A DNA stretch of 64,000 nucleotides, taken from the NCBI GenBank assembly GCA_009837085.1, contig VXUF01000077.1, forward strand, positions 85,144 to 149,143, given 5' to 3'. Positions 1-11,201 of this stretch are shown here, one piece after another. This stretch comes from Holophagales bacterium. Lineage in GTDB: Bacteria; Acidobacteriota; Thermoanaerobaculia; Multivoradales; Multivoraceae. The notes under the pieces are model-generated. The model searched no databases. It was not told the DNA's origin and saw only the letters and a program-made list of their open reading frames with translations. The stretch's first letter is position 1. Every line of letters starts with the position of its first letter. Both the position numbers and the translations under genes were made by a program.

Positions 1-1278
1 TGGCTGGGTCTGGACTGGGACGAGGGCCCGTACCGCCAGAGCGAGCGGCTGGACCTGTACCGCTCGGAGGTCGACCGCCTGCTCGCCGCGGGCAGCGCCT
101 ACCGCTGCTTTTGCACCCGGGAGCGGCTCGACGAGATGCGCCGCGAGAACCGCGCCCGGCAGCGTTTCCCCGGCTACGACCGCCGGTGTCGGGACCTGCC
201 GGTGGCCGAGTCCGAGCGACGGGCGGCGGCGGGTGAGCCCCACACGATCCGCCTGGCCATGCCGACCGAGGGCGAATGCGTCATGCAGGACCTCCTGCGC
301 GGCGAGATCCGCCGCGAGTGGGAGCTGATCGACGACCAGGTGATCCTCAAGGCCGACGGCTACCCGACCTACCATCTCGCGTGCGTCGTCGACGACCACG
401 CGATGGGGATCAGCCACGTGATCCGCGGCGAGGAGTGGATCAACTCCCTGCCAAAGCACCTGCGCCTGTTCGAGGCGCTGGGCTACGAGCCGCCGGTCTT
501 CTGTCACTTGCCGCTCCTGCGCAACAACGACGCGAACCGGTCGAAGCTCTCGAAACGCCGCAACCCGACCTCGATCACCTGGTTCCGGGACGCCGGGTTC
601 CTCCCCGATGCGCTCCTGAACTTCCTGGGTCTCATGGTGTCGAGCCGCGCCGAGGGCGAGGAGAAGTTCAGCCTCGGCCAGCTCGTGGACGGTTTCCACC
701 TCGAGGACATCTCGCTCGGAGGCCCCGTCTTCGACCTCGACAAGCTGCGCTGGCTGAACGCCCGCTACCTGCGCGAGGACTATGACGCCGACGGCCTGGC
801 GGACCTCGTGCGGGAGTGGTCGATGGGGCAGGAGCGGCTTGCCGCGATCGCCGCCCTCGCGCAGCCGCGCCTGGAGACGCTCGGCGACTGGGGCCGGCTG
901 ACGAACTTCCTGTTCGTCGACGCGCCAACGGTCGAGCGGGAGAAGCTGGCGGTGAAGGGGCTCGAAGAGGCTCAGGTCGCCGAAGCGCTTCAGTTCATGC
1001 TGTGGGTACTGGAACGCGAACAGGAGTTCACTGCCGACGTCATCCAGGGCCACTTCCGGCGCCTGTCCGAAGCGCTCGGCCTCAGTCTGCGCGACCTGAC
1101 CCGCCCCTTCTACGTCGCCATGTCGGGCGAGACGGCCTCGCTGCCGCTGTTCCAGTCGATGGAGATCCTCGGCCCGGACCTCGTGCGCGCCCGCATCCGC
1201 CGCGCCATCGAGGCGCTCGGCGGGATCTCAGGGAAGCGGATGAAGAAGGTGCAGAAGCGGTTCGACGAACTGAACTGA
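1..1278 (+). CDS. gltX: Glutamate--tRNA ligase, 5'-truncated at window edge
   Basis: Frame 1 is open from nt 1 (WLGLDWDEGPYRQSERLDLY...). It is continuous with the listed ORF 136..1278. It has class-I aaRS core features including a KMSKS-type 'SKLSKRRNP', and a TGA stop at 1276-1278. Confidence 0.9.
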   Translation, partial: WLGLDWDEGPYRQSERLDLYRSEVDRLLAAGSAYRCFCTRERLDEMRRENRARQRFPGYDRRCRDLPVAESERRAAAGEPHTIRLAMPTEGECVMQDLLRGEIRREWELIDDQVILKADGYPTYHLACVVDDHAMGISHVIRGEEWINSLPKHLRLFEALGYEPPVFCHLPLLRNNDANRSKLSKRRNPTSITWFRDAGFLPDALLNFLGLMVSSRAEGEEKFSLGQLVDGFHLEDISLGGPVFDLDKLRWLNARYLREDYDADGLADLVREWSMGQERLAAIAALAQPRLETLGDWGRLTNFLFVDAPTVEREKLAVKGLEEAQVAEALQFMLWVLEREQEFTADVIQGHFRRLSEALGLSLRDLTRPFYVAMSGETASLPLFQSMEILGPDLVRARIRRAIEALGGISGKRMKKVQKRFDELN

Positions 1279-1291
1279 ACACACTGGGTGC

Positions 1292-1309
1292 GCCGGCGTC
1301 CCCGCCGGC
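1292..1309. terminator. GC hairpin between convergent gltX and glnS (possible bidirectional terminator)
   Basis: gccggcg-tccc-cgccggc forms a 7-bp perfect stem with a 4-nt loop in the 52-nt gap between two convergent stops. There is no clear U-tract. Confidence 0.3.
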
Positions 1310-1330
1310 CTTCGCAAGTCGCGCGAGGCG

Positions 1331-3034
<1,704 letters not shown>

Positions 3035-3097
3035 GGCGGCTTGGCCGGGGCGGATTGCTGCGGAGCAGCGGAGGTTATCGCGCCTGGTTGCGCGTCG

Positions 3098-3817
3098 TCA
3101 GCCGTCGAACCGGTAGCCCAGCCCGTGTACCGTGACGATGAACTCGGGCCGTCCCGGATTCGGTTCGATCTTCTGCCGTAGCGACGACACGTGAACGTCG
3201 ACGGTGCGGGTAGTCGGCGTCGCATCGTAGCCCCAGACCTCGTCGAGCAGGCGATCCCGGTCGTGGACCTCGCCGCGGTGCTCGATCAGGAACCTGAGCA
3301 GGCGGTACTCGAGCGCCGAGCAGGCGACCTCGGTCTTGGCGCCGTCCTCGCCACTGCGCCACACCTGGGCGCGGTCGAAGTCGACGCGGACGTTGCCGAA
3401 GCGGTAGCCGTGCGCGGCATCGGCCGCTGTGGGCGACGTCGGCGCTTCGGCCTGACTGCGTCGCATCAGCGCCTCGATCCGGGCCAGAAGCTCCAGGGTC
3501 TCGAACGGCTTGGCGAGGTAGTCGTCGGCCCCCAGCTTCAGCCCGAGGACGCGGTCGACGAGTTCGTTGCGGGCCGTGAGCATCAGGATGGGGATGTCGA
3601 TGCCGTCCCGGCGGAGGTCCCGGCAGACATCGAAACCGTTCTTGCCTGGCAGGTTGACGTCGAGCAGGACGACGTCGAAACCGCCGTCCCTGGCCGACCG
3701 TTCGCCCGACGGGCCGTCGGCCGCGACGACGACTTCGTAGCCTTCCGCAGTCAACCGGTCGCTCAGGGTGCGGGCAAGGCTGGGTTCGTCCTCGACGAGA
3801 AGCAGGCGCGCGCTCAT
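3098..3817 (-). CDS. OmpR/PhoB-family response regulator (receiver plus winged helix)
   Basis: 'LLLVEDEPSL...DVVLLDVNLPGKNGFDV...LTAR...KLGADDYLAKPF' is a receiver domain. The C-terminal 'LEYRLLRFLIEHRGEV..RD.LLDEVWG...TRTVDVHVSSLRQKIE...GLGYRF' is a winged helix. Its ATG overlaps the kinase stop (ATGA at 3814-3817). Confidence 0.9.
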   Translation of the reverse strand: MSARLLLVEDEPSLARTLSDRLTAEGYEVVVAADGPSGERSARDGGFDVVLLDVNLPGKNGFDVCRDLRRDGIDIPILMLTARNELVDRVLGLKLGADDYLAKPFETLELLARIEALMRRSQAEAPTSPTAADAAHGYRFGNVRVDFDRAQVWRSGEDGAKTEVACSALEYRLLRFLIEHRGEVHDRDRLLDEVWGYDATPTTRTVDVHVSSLRQKIEPNPGRPEFIVTVHGLGYRFDG

Positions 3818-5577
3818 GGAGTGTGCACCGGCATTACGACGCGGAAGGTCGTGCGCCCGGGCTCGCTGTCCACGGTGATCGAGCCGCCGAGCTCCTCGAT
3901 CGTGTTGCGCGCGAGGCTCAGGCCCAGGCCCGAGCCGGGTAGACCGCTCTCGGTCGCGGCGAGGCCCCGGACGAAGGGGTCGAAGATGCGCCGCTGCTCG
4001 GCCTTCGGGATGCCGGGACCTCCGTCGGTGACGGAGACGGTGACTCGTCGTCGGCCCGCGTCGCGGCTTGCATCGATTCTCACCCGCACCGCACCGTCGG
4101 CGCCGCGGCCGTACTTGGCCGCGTTGTGCAGCAGGTTCATGAAGACGGTGATCAGGTCGTCGCGGTCGCCCGGGAGCAAGGGGAGATCGTCCAGCCCTTC
4201 AAGCTCGAGTTGGACGCCGTTCTCCTCCAGAAACCACTTCGACTCGACGACTGCGGTGCGCAGCAGTTCGCGGAGGTCGATCTCTGCCGTGGCTTTCCGC
4301 GCCGTACTCCGCCCGATGCCGGCCCACTGGAGCGCCTGCTGAACCAGCCGCGACAGTCGGCGCTCTTCCCGTTCGATGAGCTCGCCGTAGCCGCGGACAT
4401 CATCGGACCTGTGGACGATCCCGCTCCGCAGGTTCTCGCCCGCCGAGCGGATCGCTTGGAGCGGCGTGTTCAGCTCGTGGGAGACGCCGGCGACGAAATC
4501 GACCTGCTGGGCGGCCAGGGCCCGGGCGCGGCGGGCGGACACCAGGACCAGGGCGAAGGCGACGCCGATCAGGAACAGGGCGCCGGAGCTGTGGTAGAGG
4601 TTGCGCCGGCGTGCCGCGCTGGTGGCGGCTTCAAGCGACCCTCTGCGGTGCGTGATGCGCACCAGCCACGGTCCACCGGCTTGCCCGAGCGCCGGCTGGG
4701 ACCGTTCTGCCCGTTCGCTCCGGCTTCGGCCGGGCCCGAAGCGACGGCGACTCTCGCGCCCGACCGCGCGGAACGCCGAGAACTCAATGTCGGCCGGTCG
4801 CGCCGACGCACTCGCGCCGTCCTCGGCTCGATTACCGGAAAGCGGATACAGGAGCCGGGGCGGGGAACTCGTCGTGTCGGTCACCGTGACGAGGTGCACG
4901 GGCGCGACGCCCTCCGCGGTTGCGCCGAAGTGCCGCTCGATCAGCGCCGGCAGCATCTCCTCCTCGATGGCCGTGGTACTGAGAGTCGCCACAATGAGGC
5001 CCGCCGACCCGGGCGGCCCGATCCGACCGCGGGCCGGAATCGGCATGACCAGCCGGTCTGTCCGCTGCACCGGCGCCGAACTACGAGGTCGGCGCAGGAG
5101 ACGGTCCAGTTCTTCAAGGACGTCAGGATCGGTCTCGGCCTGGAGTTGGCCGCTCTCCTCGTCCAACCGAAAGACCCCGCGCGTCGAACGGCGGTCTGCG
5201 AACACGATACGCGTCCGGTCGAGGATGGCCGGAAAGTCGGCGCTTTGGCGCCAGTCCTGGAGGAACCGGGAGAGCGAGTCTGCGAGCAGTGCTGATCGTT
5301 CTTCACCGCGCGCCGCCCGAGGACTGCTGGAGGTGGCCGCTCGCAGCAGGGTCAACTGAAGTTCCGAGAGCTGGCCGTCGATGTCGTTGGCGAGGAGGCG
5401 GCTCGATTCCTCGAGGTTCGACCGCATCCGCTGGTTCGCGGCGTCGCTGAGCTCACCGGTCCAGTAGTACTGGAGGACCGCCAGCCCCGCCAGGAGGACG
5501 GCGGCGAGCAGAGCGATGACGAGCAGCCAGCGGTCGCTCGAGGCCTTCCCGCGGCCGGAGATGCGCCGAACTGCCAT
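3814..5577 (-). CDS. Sensor histidine kinase with large periplasmic sensor region
   Basis: 587 aa. It has two TM segments (aa ~17-39 and ~325-345), the H-box 'GVSHELNTPL', and the N/G boxes 'LLHNAAKY' and 'GSGLGLSLAR'. Confidence 0.9.
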   Translation of the reverse strand: MAVRRISGRGKASSDRWLLVIALLAAVLLAGLAVLQYYWTGELSDAANQRMRSNLEESSRLLANDIDGQLSELQLTLLRAATSSSPRAARGEERSALLADSLSRFLQDWRQSADFPAILDRTRIVFADRRSTRGVFRLDEESGQLQAETDPDVLEELDRLLRRPRSSAPVQRTDRLVMPIPARGRIGPPGSAGLIVATLSTTAIEEEMLPALIERHFGATAEGVAPVHLVTVTDTTSSPPRLLYPLSGNRAEDGASASARPADIEFSAFRAVGRESRRRFGPGRSRSERAERSQPALGQAGGPWLVRITHRRGSLEAATSAARRRNLYHSSGALFLIGVAFALVLVSARRARALAAQQVDFVAGVSHELNTPLQAIRSAGENLRSGIVHRSDDVRGYGELIEREERRLSRLVQQALQWAGIGRSTARKATAEIDLRELLRTAVVESKWFLEENGVQLELEGLDDLPLLPGDRDDLITVFMNLLHNAAKYGRGADGAVRVRIDASRDAGRRRVTVSVTDGGPGIPKAEQRRIFDPFVRGLAATESGLPGSGLGLSLARNTIEELGGSITVDSEPGRTTFRVVMPVHTP

Positions 5578-5738
5578 CGGGAGTCAGTGTAGCTACAGCC
5601 AGGGCCGCTGAAACCGCGTCGGCGAGAGGCTTTACACGCGTTACAAACATCTTGCACCGGCTTGATGACTGCCCCAACGAGACCCCGTACCGTCTTCTCA
5701 CGTTTGATCCCTCACACCCCTAAGAGGAGGTGCTCGAA

Positions 5739-6251
5739 ATGAAGACAACCCTGAACCGTTCGATCCGTATCGCCCGCACCCTGCTGCCCGCGCTGCTTGT
5801 CGTGGCCGCGACCGGCTTCGCCGCAGCCGAGGAGGGCGAAGACCGCCAGTCCAGGCGAGGCGCCCGCGGCGACTTCGCGGAGCGCGACGCCGAGCGCATG
5901 GCTCGAGTGCTCCAGTTGACGGAGGATCAGAAGGAAGACTGGCGGCGCTTGCGGGAGGAACACGAAGCGGGCGTGCGGCCTCTGATGCGTCAGATGCGCG
6001 ACATCACGGAACGTCTCGAGACCGAGGCGAACCTCGAGAACCCCGATCCGGCCGTCGTCGGCCAGTTGGAGCTCGACCGTCGCGCGGTTGCGCGTCAACT
6101 GAGAGAGTCGCGAGTCCAGGCGCACGAGGACGCGACGCGGCTGCTCGACCGTGACCAGCGGATTCGCTGGGAGGCTCTGCAGGAGAATGGTCGCGGCGGT
6201 TTCCGGGGGCTCTTCGGTCCTGGCGGCCGCGGTCCTCGCGCTCGGAACTGA
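5739..6251 (+). CDS. Periplasmic LTXXQ-motif protein (Spy/CpxP family-like)
   Basis: It has a signal peptide (LLPALLVVAATGFAAA), the motif 'LQLTEDQKEDWRRLREEH', and a helical, charged composition. I place the start at ATG 5739, which lies 8 nt after the AGGAGG at 5725-5730. The track start at 5730 is a GTG inside that SD. Confidence 0.6.
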   Translation: MKTTLNRSIRIARTLLPALLVVAATGFAAAEEGEDRQSRRGARGDFAERDAERMARVLQLTEDQKEDWRRLREEHEAGVRPLMRQMRDITERLETEANLENPDPAVVGQLELDRRAVARQLRESRVQAHEDATRLLDRDQRIRWEALQENGRGGFRGLFGPGGRGPRARN

Positions 6252-6279
6252 ACGCGCTGGCAGCAAGCCTCCGCTCCTC

Positions 6280-6315
6280 GGGCGGGCGTCCTTCGGGCGC
6301 CCGCCCTTTTCGTTT
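6280..6315 (+). terminator. Intrinsic terminator after the LTXXQ gene
   Basis: gggcgggcgtcc-ttc-gggcgcccgccc forms an approximately 12-bp stem with one G.U pair. It is followed directly by ttttcgttt. Confidence 0.6.
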
Positions 6316-6386
6316 CGGGACAGCTAAGATCGCGCCTCATCGATCAGTTCAGGCGGCCCGGCTCGCCGCCTGGGGAGGGGTGCTGT

Positions 6387-7271
6387 ATGGCAGACGTCGC
6401 GTTCGTCGGACTCGGAGTCATGGGCTATCCAATGGCTGGCCATCTGGCGGCAGCCGGACATCACGTCACCGTTTACAACCGCACGGCGGCCAAGGCGGAG
6501 CAGTGGGTCGGAGAGCATGGCGGCAGGAGCGCCTCGACGCCGGCCGAGGCCGCGGCAGGCGCCGAGTTCGTGTTCTGCTGCGTCGGCAACGACGACGACG
6601 TGCGGGCCGTGACGCTGGGATCCGTCGGCGCACTCGAGGGCATGGTCGCGGGCAGCGTCCTCGTCGACCACACGACGGCGTCGGCGCAGCTCGCCCGGGA
6701 ACTCGCCGGCGCCTGCGCGGAGAAGGGCTGCGGCTTCGTCGACGCGCCGGTCTCGGGCGGCCAGGCGGGCGCCGAGAACGGCGCGCTGACCGTCATGTGC
6801 GGCGGCGAACGGGACGTCTTCGAGCGGGTGAACGCGGTCATCGGCTGCTACAGCCGTGCGGTCACCCTGCTCGGTCCCGCCGGTAGCGGCCAGTTGACGA
6901 AGGCGGTCAACCAGCTCTGTATCGCCGGCATCGTCCAGGGCCTGTCGGAAGGCATCCACTTCGCGGAGAAGGCCGGCCTCGACCCGCTGGCGGTGATCGG
7001 CGCCATCTCGACCGGCGCCGCGGGGTCCTGGCAGATGGACAACCGCGCCGAGACGATGGTCCAGGGCAAGTTCGACTACGGCTTCGCGGTCCAGTGGATG
7101 CGCAAGGACCTCGGCATCGCGCTGGAGGAGGCGCGCAGCAACGGTGCTCACCTGCCCCTGGCTGCGCTGGTCGACCAGTTCTACAGCGAGGTCACCGCGC
7201 TCGGCGGCCTGCGCTGGGACACGTCGAGCCTGGTGGTGCGGCTGCGCGCCATGAGCGGGGACGGTGGCTAA
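6387..7271 (+). CDS. NAD(P)-dependent beta-hydroxyacid dehydrogenase (3-hydroxyisobutyrate/tartronate-semialdehyde reductase family)
   Basis: It has the N-terminal Rossmann motif 'VAFVGLGVMGYPMAGHL'. 'DAPVSGG..GAENG.LT.M.GG' is typical of the family. A purine-rich GGGGAGGGG lies upstream. Confidence 0.85.
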   Translation: MADVAFVGLGVMGYPMAGHLAAAGHHVTVYNRTAAKAEQWVGEHGGRSASTPAEAAAGAEFVFCCVGNDDDVRAVTLGSVGALEGMVAGSVLVDHTTASAQLARELAGACAEKGCGFVDAPVSGGQAGAENGALTVMCGGERDVFERVNAVIGCYSRAVTLLGPAGSGQLTKAVNQLCIAGIVQGLSEGIHFAEKAGLDPLAVIGAISTGAAGSWQMDNRAETMVQGKFDYGFAVQWMRKDLGIALEEARSNGAHLPLAALVDQFYSEVTALGGLRWDTSSLVVRLRAMSGDGG

Positions 7272-7274
7272 GGT

Positions 7275-7853
7275 TCAGGCGCGCGGTCCCCTGGACACGT
7301 TCGGGTCACCGGCGACATAGAACCGCCAGAGCCGGTTCGGGGCGTGTGTGACGCCAATGCGGCCGCTACGTCCCGGGTTCTCGGGTGGCGGCGTGCCGTC
7401 GTCGACGATGGCGATGGGCAGGCGACCGGCGGTACCCGATGCCGCGACCAGGTCGGTTCCGTCGACGCGCCGGTCGAGACCGAAGGCCTGGCACAGGCGG
7501 GCGGGACCGGAACAGAGATCGACCACGCGGAACGGCTCGGCGGAACGCCTGCGGCTGGCCGCGTTGCGTGCGTGGCGCATGGCGCCGGCGCCGTCCAGCG
7601 GTGCGGCGGCGCGCAGCAGGACGGCGGAGCAGAGACCGTCCTCGCCGCAGACGACGTTGGCGCAGTGGTGCATGCCGTAGGTGAAGTAGACGTAGAGATG
7701 TCCGGGCGGCCCGAACATCGTCCGGGTGCGGTTCGTCATCCCGCGGTGGCCGTGGCTGGAGGGATCGTTGGCGCCCTCGTACGCCTCGACCTCGACGATG
7801 CGGGCGGCACGGCTGCCGCGGACGAGGACCTTGTTCAGGAGCCGCGGCGCCAC
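7275..7853 (-). CDS. mpg: DNA-3-methyladenine glycosylase (AAG/Mpg family)
   Basis: It contains 'IVEVEAYEG..DP.SHGHRG.TNRT..MFGPPGHLYVYFTYGMHHCANVV'. Confidence 0.9.
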   Translation of the reverse strand: MAPRLLNKVLVRGSRAARIVEVEAYEGANDPSSHGHRGMTNRTRTMFGPPGHLYVYFTYGMHHCANVVCGEDGLCSAVLLRAAAPLDGAGAMRHARNAASRRRSAEPFRVVDLCSGPARLCQAFGLDRRVDGTDLVAASGTAGRLPIAIVDDGTPPPENPGRSGRIGVTHAPNRLWRFYVAGDPNVSRGPRA

Positions 7854-7912
7854 GTCGAGCGCGGTGGGCGTGTAGAAGGAGCGGGGGAGCGGCGTGAGGC
7901 CGGCGTCCGGCC

Positions 7913-8329
7913 TCAGGCGCGCGCCTCGTCCAAGGCGGTCTCCGGCCCCATGTAGGCGCGGATCTCGGCGGGCGTCTCCATCTTGGTGTACTCCGGCGCG
8001 TGGACGCTGACGTAGAGGACTTCGGCGGTGAAGATGAGCCGTCCTTCGTGGCTGCCGCGGTAGCCGAGGGTCCAGGAGGTGCGGCCCCAGTGGCGTATGG
8101 CGAGGTCGATGTCGAGCAGGTCGCCGTCGGTGACCGAGCCCAGGAAGTCGATCGTCGTGCGGCGGAGCATCATCTCCCAGCCCAGCTTCGCCCGCACCTC
8201 CCGGATACCGAGCAACCAGTTCTCCAGCGCGTCGTCCATGTACGCCATGTAGTGGGCGTTGAAGACGACGCCCTGTTTGTCGACCTCGCCGTAGCGGACC
8301 CGGATCGTGTGCCGGTAGGGCGTGGTCAC
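7913..8329 (-). CDS. Acyl-CoA thioesterase, 4HBT/YbgC hotdog family
   Basis: 'YRHTIRVRYGEVDKQGVVFNAHYMAYMDDA' carries the hotdog catalytic Asp region. I shortened the 334-aa track ORF to the GTG at 8329. That GTG overlaps the peptidase stop (GTGA at 8326-8329). The upstream extension lies inside the peptidase gene in another frame. Confidence 0.8.
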   Translation of the reverse strand: MTTPYRHTIRVRYGEVDKQGVVFNAHYMAYMDDALENWLLGIREVRAKLGWEMMLRRTTIDFLGSVTDGDLLDIDLAIRHWGRTSWTLGYRGSHEGRLIFTAEVLYVSVHAPEYTKMETPAEIRAYMGPETALDEARA

Positions 8330-10518
8330 GTGCCGGAGCGCGGCTGGAAGCTCGGTTCGAGGCCCAGCGCCCAGGCGGCGAAGGCCCACTGGTCGGCGAC
8401 GTCCTCGATCTGCATCCAGGTCGGCTTCCCGGCGCCGTGGCCGGCCCGCGTTTCGACCCGGATCAGGACCGGGTTGTCGCAGCCTTGCGCCTGCTGCATC
8501 TCGGCCGCGTACTTGAAGCTGTGCCACGGCACCACCCGGTCGTCGTGGTCGGCGGTGGTGATCAGCGTCGGCGGGTAGCAGGCGCCTTCCTGCACGTTGT
8601 GCAGCGGTGAGTACGCGTACTGGGCCCGGAACTCGTCCTCGTTCTCGGACAGGCCGTAGTCCGTCGACCAGTTGCGGGCGTTCGCGCTCGGCAGGTGGTA
8701 TCGGAGCATGTCGAGGACGCCGACCGCCGGCAGCGCCGCCGCGAACAGGTCGGGCCGCTGGTTGAGCGTCGCACCGACCAGGAGACCGCCGTTGCTGCCG
8801 CCCTGGATCGCGATGCGGCCGGCGCTCGTGTAGCCCTCGGCGACCAGCCATTCCGCGGCGGCGATGAAGTCGTCGAAGACGTTCTGCTTCTTCTCCTTGG
8901 TGCCGGCGAGGTGCCACTCGCGGCCGTACTCGCCGCCGCCGCGCAGGTTCGGGATCGCCAGCACGCCGCCCATTTCGAGCCAGGCAAGGCGAGAGGAGGA
9001 GAAGCCGGGCGTCAGCGAGATGTTGAAGCCGCCGTAGCCGTAGAGGAGAGTCGGGTTGTCACCGTTTTTCTCGAGCCCCGCGCGATGGGTGATGAACATC
9101 GGGATGCGCGTGCCGTCGCGGCTCTCGTAGAAGACCTGTTCCGTCTCGTAGCCGTCGAGGTCGGCATCGATTGCGGGGCGGCGGATCAGCGTGCTCTCGC
9201 CGCTGGCCACGTCGTAGCGGTGGATCTGGGACGGCGTGCCGAAGCTGGAGTAGGAGTAGAAGGTCTCCGTGTCCTCCCAGCGTCCGCCGAAGCCGCCGGC
9301 GGTGCCGATGCCCGGCAGGTCGACCTCGCCGGCCGGCGTCGCTGGCTTTGCGCCGTTCGGCTCGGCCAGGCGGACGACGGTGCGCGCATCGTGCAGGTAG
9401 TTCAGAACCAGTTTGCCGCCGACGGCGGAGGCGTACGAAAGGGTGTCCTCGGCTTCAGGGACCACCTCGTGCAGCGTGGGGTTCCCTTCGGACGATTCGT
9501 CGTTCAGGTCGACCGCGACGATCCGGTTGCGCGGCGCGTCCTTGTTCGTCTCGAACAGGAACACCGGGCCCACGTTGACGATGTAGCCGTAGAGAGCGTC
9601 CCACTGGTCGAGTAGCGGGCGGATCGCCGAGTCCGGCTCATTGATCTTGCGGTAGTGGACCGCGTTCTCCAGGTATCCCTCCTGGAGGTTGACCAGCAGG
9701 TACTCGCCGTCCTCGGAGACCGATGCGTAGGGGTTGCGGCGCGCGTGTTCGGGCTGGCTGAACACGAGCCGGTCGTCTGCCTGGTCCGTGCCCAGGGCAT
9801 GGAAGTAGACGGAAACCGCCTTCGAGCCGTCGCCTCTGGTCGGGTCGTCCTCGCGTGGGGGATAGCGGCTGTAGAAGAAGCCCGAGTTGTCCGGCATCCA
9901 GGAGATCGACGTGAACTTCGTGTAGTCGATCAGGTCGCCCGTGTCCTCGCCGCTGTCTGTGTCACGGACTTTCCACTTCCGCCAGTCCGAGCCACCGTCC
10001 GACTGCGCATACGCGACGTAGCGGCCGTCCCGGCTGGGCGCGAACCCGGCCAGCGCCACCGTCGCGTCGTCGCTCCAGGTGTTCGGGTCGAGCAGGACGC
10101 GGCCCGGCGGTTCGTCGCCCTCCTGGTCCATCGACTCCGCGACGTAGACCACGCTCTGGTCCTGGAGCCCGTCGTTGTGGTTGTAGAAGTAGCGCTCGCC
10201 GCGCTTGCCGGGCGTGCTCCAGCGCTCGTAGTTCCAGATCGCGCGCAGTCGCTCTTCGATCGCTTCGCGGCCGGGCAGCGCGGCCAGGAATGGCTCCGCG
10301 ACTTCGTTTTGAGCAGCGACCCAGGCCGCCGTCTCCTCGCCGTCGAGGTCTTCCAGCCAGCGGTACGGGTCCGCGACCTGGACGCCGAAGTAGGCGTCGC
10401 CCGGGTCGACCGTCCGGGTCTCGGGATACTCGACCGGCCCGGGGTCGAGGGTGTCGGAGGAACAGGCCAAGAGGGGTAGGACGAGAGCCGGCAGAAGCCG
10501 GCGAAGGGTCGGTTTCAT
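8326..10518 (-). CDS. Prolyl oligopeptidase (S9A), probable lipoprotein
   Basis: 730 aa. It has the lipobox 'LPLLACSS' and an N-terminal beta-propeller. The nucleophile elbow is '[10 protein letters not shown]', and the C-terminal '[12 protein letters not shown]...RAGHG' region supplies the Asp/His. Confidence 0.9.
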   Translation of the reverse strand: MKPTLRRLLPALVLPLLACSSDTLDPGPVEYPETRTVDPGDAYFGVQVADPYRWLEDLDGEETAAWVAAQNEVAEPFLAALPGREAIEERLRAIWNYERWSTPGKRGERYFYNHNDGLQDQSVVYVAESMDQEGDEPPGRVLLDPNTWSDDATVALAGFAPSRDGRYVAYAQSDGGSDWRKWKVRDTDSGEDTGDLIDYTKFTSISWMPDNSGFFYSRYPPREDDPTRGDGSKAVSVYFHALGTDQADDRLVFSQPEHARRNPYASVSEDGEYLLVNLQEGYLENAVHYRKINEPDSAIRPLLDQWDALYGYIVNVGPVFLFETNKDAPRNRIVAVDLNDESSEGNPTLHEVVPEAEDTLSYASAVGGKLVLNYLHDARTVVRLAEPNGAKPATPAGEVDLPGIGTAGGFGGRWEDTETFYSYSSFGTPSQIHRYDVASGESTLIRRPAIDADLDGYETEQVFYESRDGTRIPMFITHRAGLEKNGDNPTLLYGYGGFNISLTPGFSSSRLAWLEMGGVLAIPNLRGGGEYGREWHLAGTKEKKQNVFDDFIAAAEWLVAEGYTSAGRIAIQGGSNGGLLVGATLNQRPDLFAAALPAVGVLDMLRYHLPSANARNWSTDYGLSENEDEFRAQYAYSPLHNVQEGACYPPTLITTADHDDRVVPWHSFKYAAEMQQAQGCDNPVLIRVETRAGHGAGKPTWMQIEDVADQWAFAAWALGLEPSFQPRSGT

Positions 10519-10601
10519 GATGGGGCCGGATTATAGGCGCGTTACCGCGAGGCAGGCGTGGAGTGACGTTCACGACACACTCGGTGGTGTATCGTTGGTG
10601 T

Positions 10602-10805
10602 ATGACACGCACGAATCTGGATATCGACGACGGCGCCTGTGCCGAGGTCATGCGCCGCTACCGGCTCAAAACGAAGCGCGAGGCTGTGAATCTGGCCTTG
10701 CGGACACTTGCCGCTGAGCCGCTCAGTCTCGACGAGGCGAAGCGAATGCGCGGATCGGGTTGGACGGGTGACCTTGAGGAGATGAGGGCGACTCGATCGT
10801 CATGA
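10602..10805 (+). CDS. vapB: Type II antitoxin VapB-like
   Basis: 'MTRTNLDIDDGACAEVMRRYRLKTKREAVNLALRTL' is typical of this antitoxin family. Its stop overlaps the vapC ATG (ATGA at 10802-10805). The track start at 10563 gives an unlikely N-terminal extension. Confidence 0.75.
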   Translation: MTRTNLDIDDGACAEVMRRYRLKTKREAVNLALRTLAAEPLSLDEAKRMRGSGWTGDLEEMRATRSS

Positions 10806-11188
10806 TTCTCGTTGATACCTCGGCATGGATCGAGTTCCTGAGGGACACAGGCTCTCCGACGTGCCTCCGCGTGGACGAGGCGCTCGCTGGCGAAATCGCT
10901 ATCTGTGAGGCCATCCGCATGGAAGTGCTTGCTGGTGGTCGTGACGGGCCCCACATGGAGGGCCTGCGCCGGTTGTTGGCGAGGGCGGTGATGATCTCGA
11001 TTGAACCAGGCGACTTCGACCACGCTGCGACGCTGTATCGCCTGTGTCGTCGTCGGGGAGAGACCGTTCGCAAGCTGATCGACTGCCTGATCGCGGCTGT
11101 CGCGATTCGAGCGGACGTGCCAGTTCTCCACAACGATTCGGACTACGAGACTCTGGCTCGCCACACAGCGTTGAAGCTCCACCGCTGA
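10802..11188 (+). CDS. vapC: PIN-domain ribonuclease toxin VapC
   Basis: 'MILVDTSAWIEFL' carries the first PIN acidic residue. '...RKLIDCLIAAVAIRADVPVLHNDSDYE' carries the distal Asp residues. Confidence 0.9.
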   Translation: MILVDTSAWIEFLRDTGSPTCLRVDEALAGEIAICEAIRMEVLAGGRDGPHMEGLRRLLARAVMISIEPGDFDHAATLYRLCRRRGETVRKLIDCLIAAVAIRADVPVLHNDSDYETLARHTALKLHR

Positions 11189-11201
11189 CCGAAGTGTCCT
11201 G

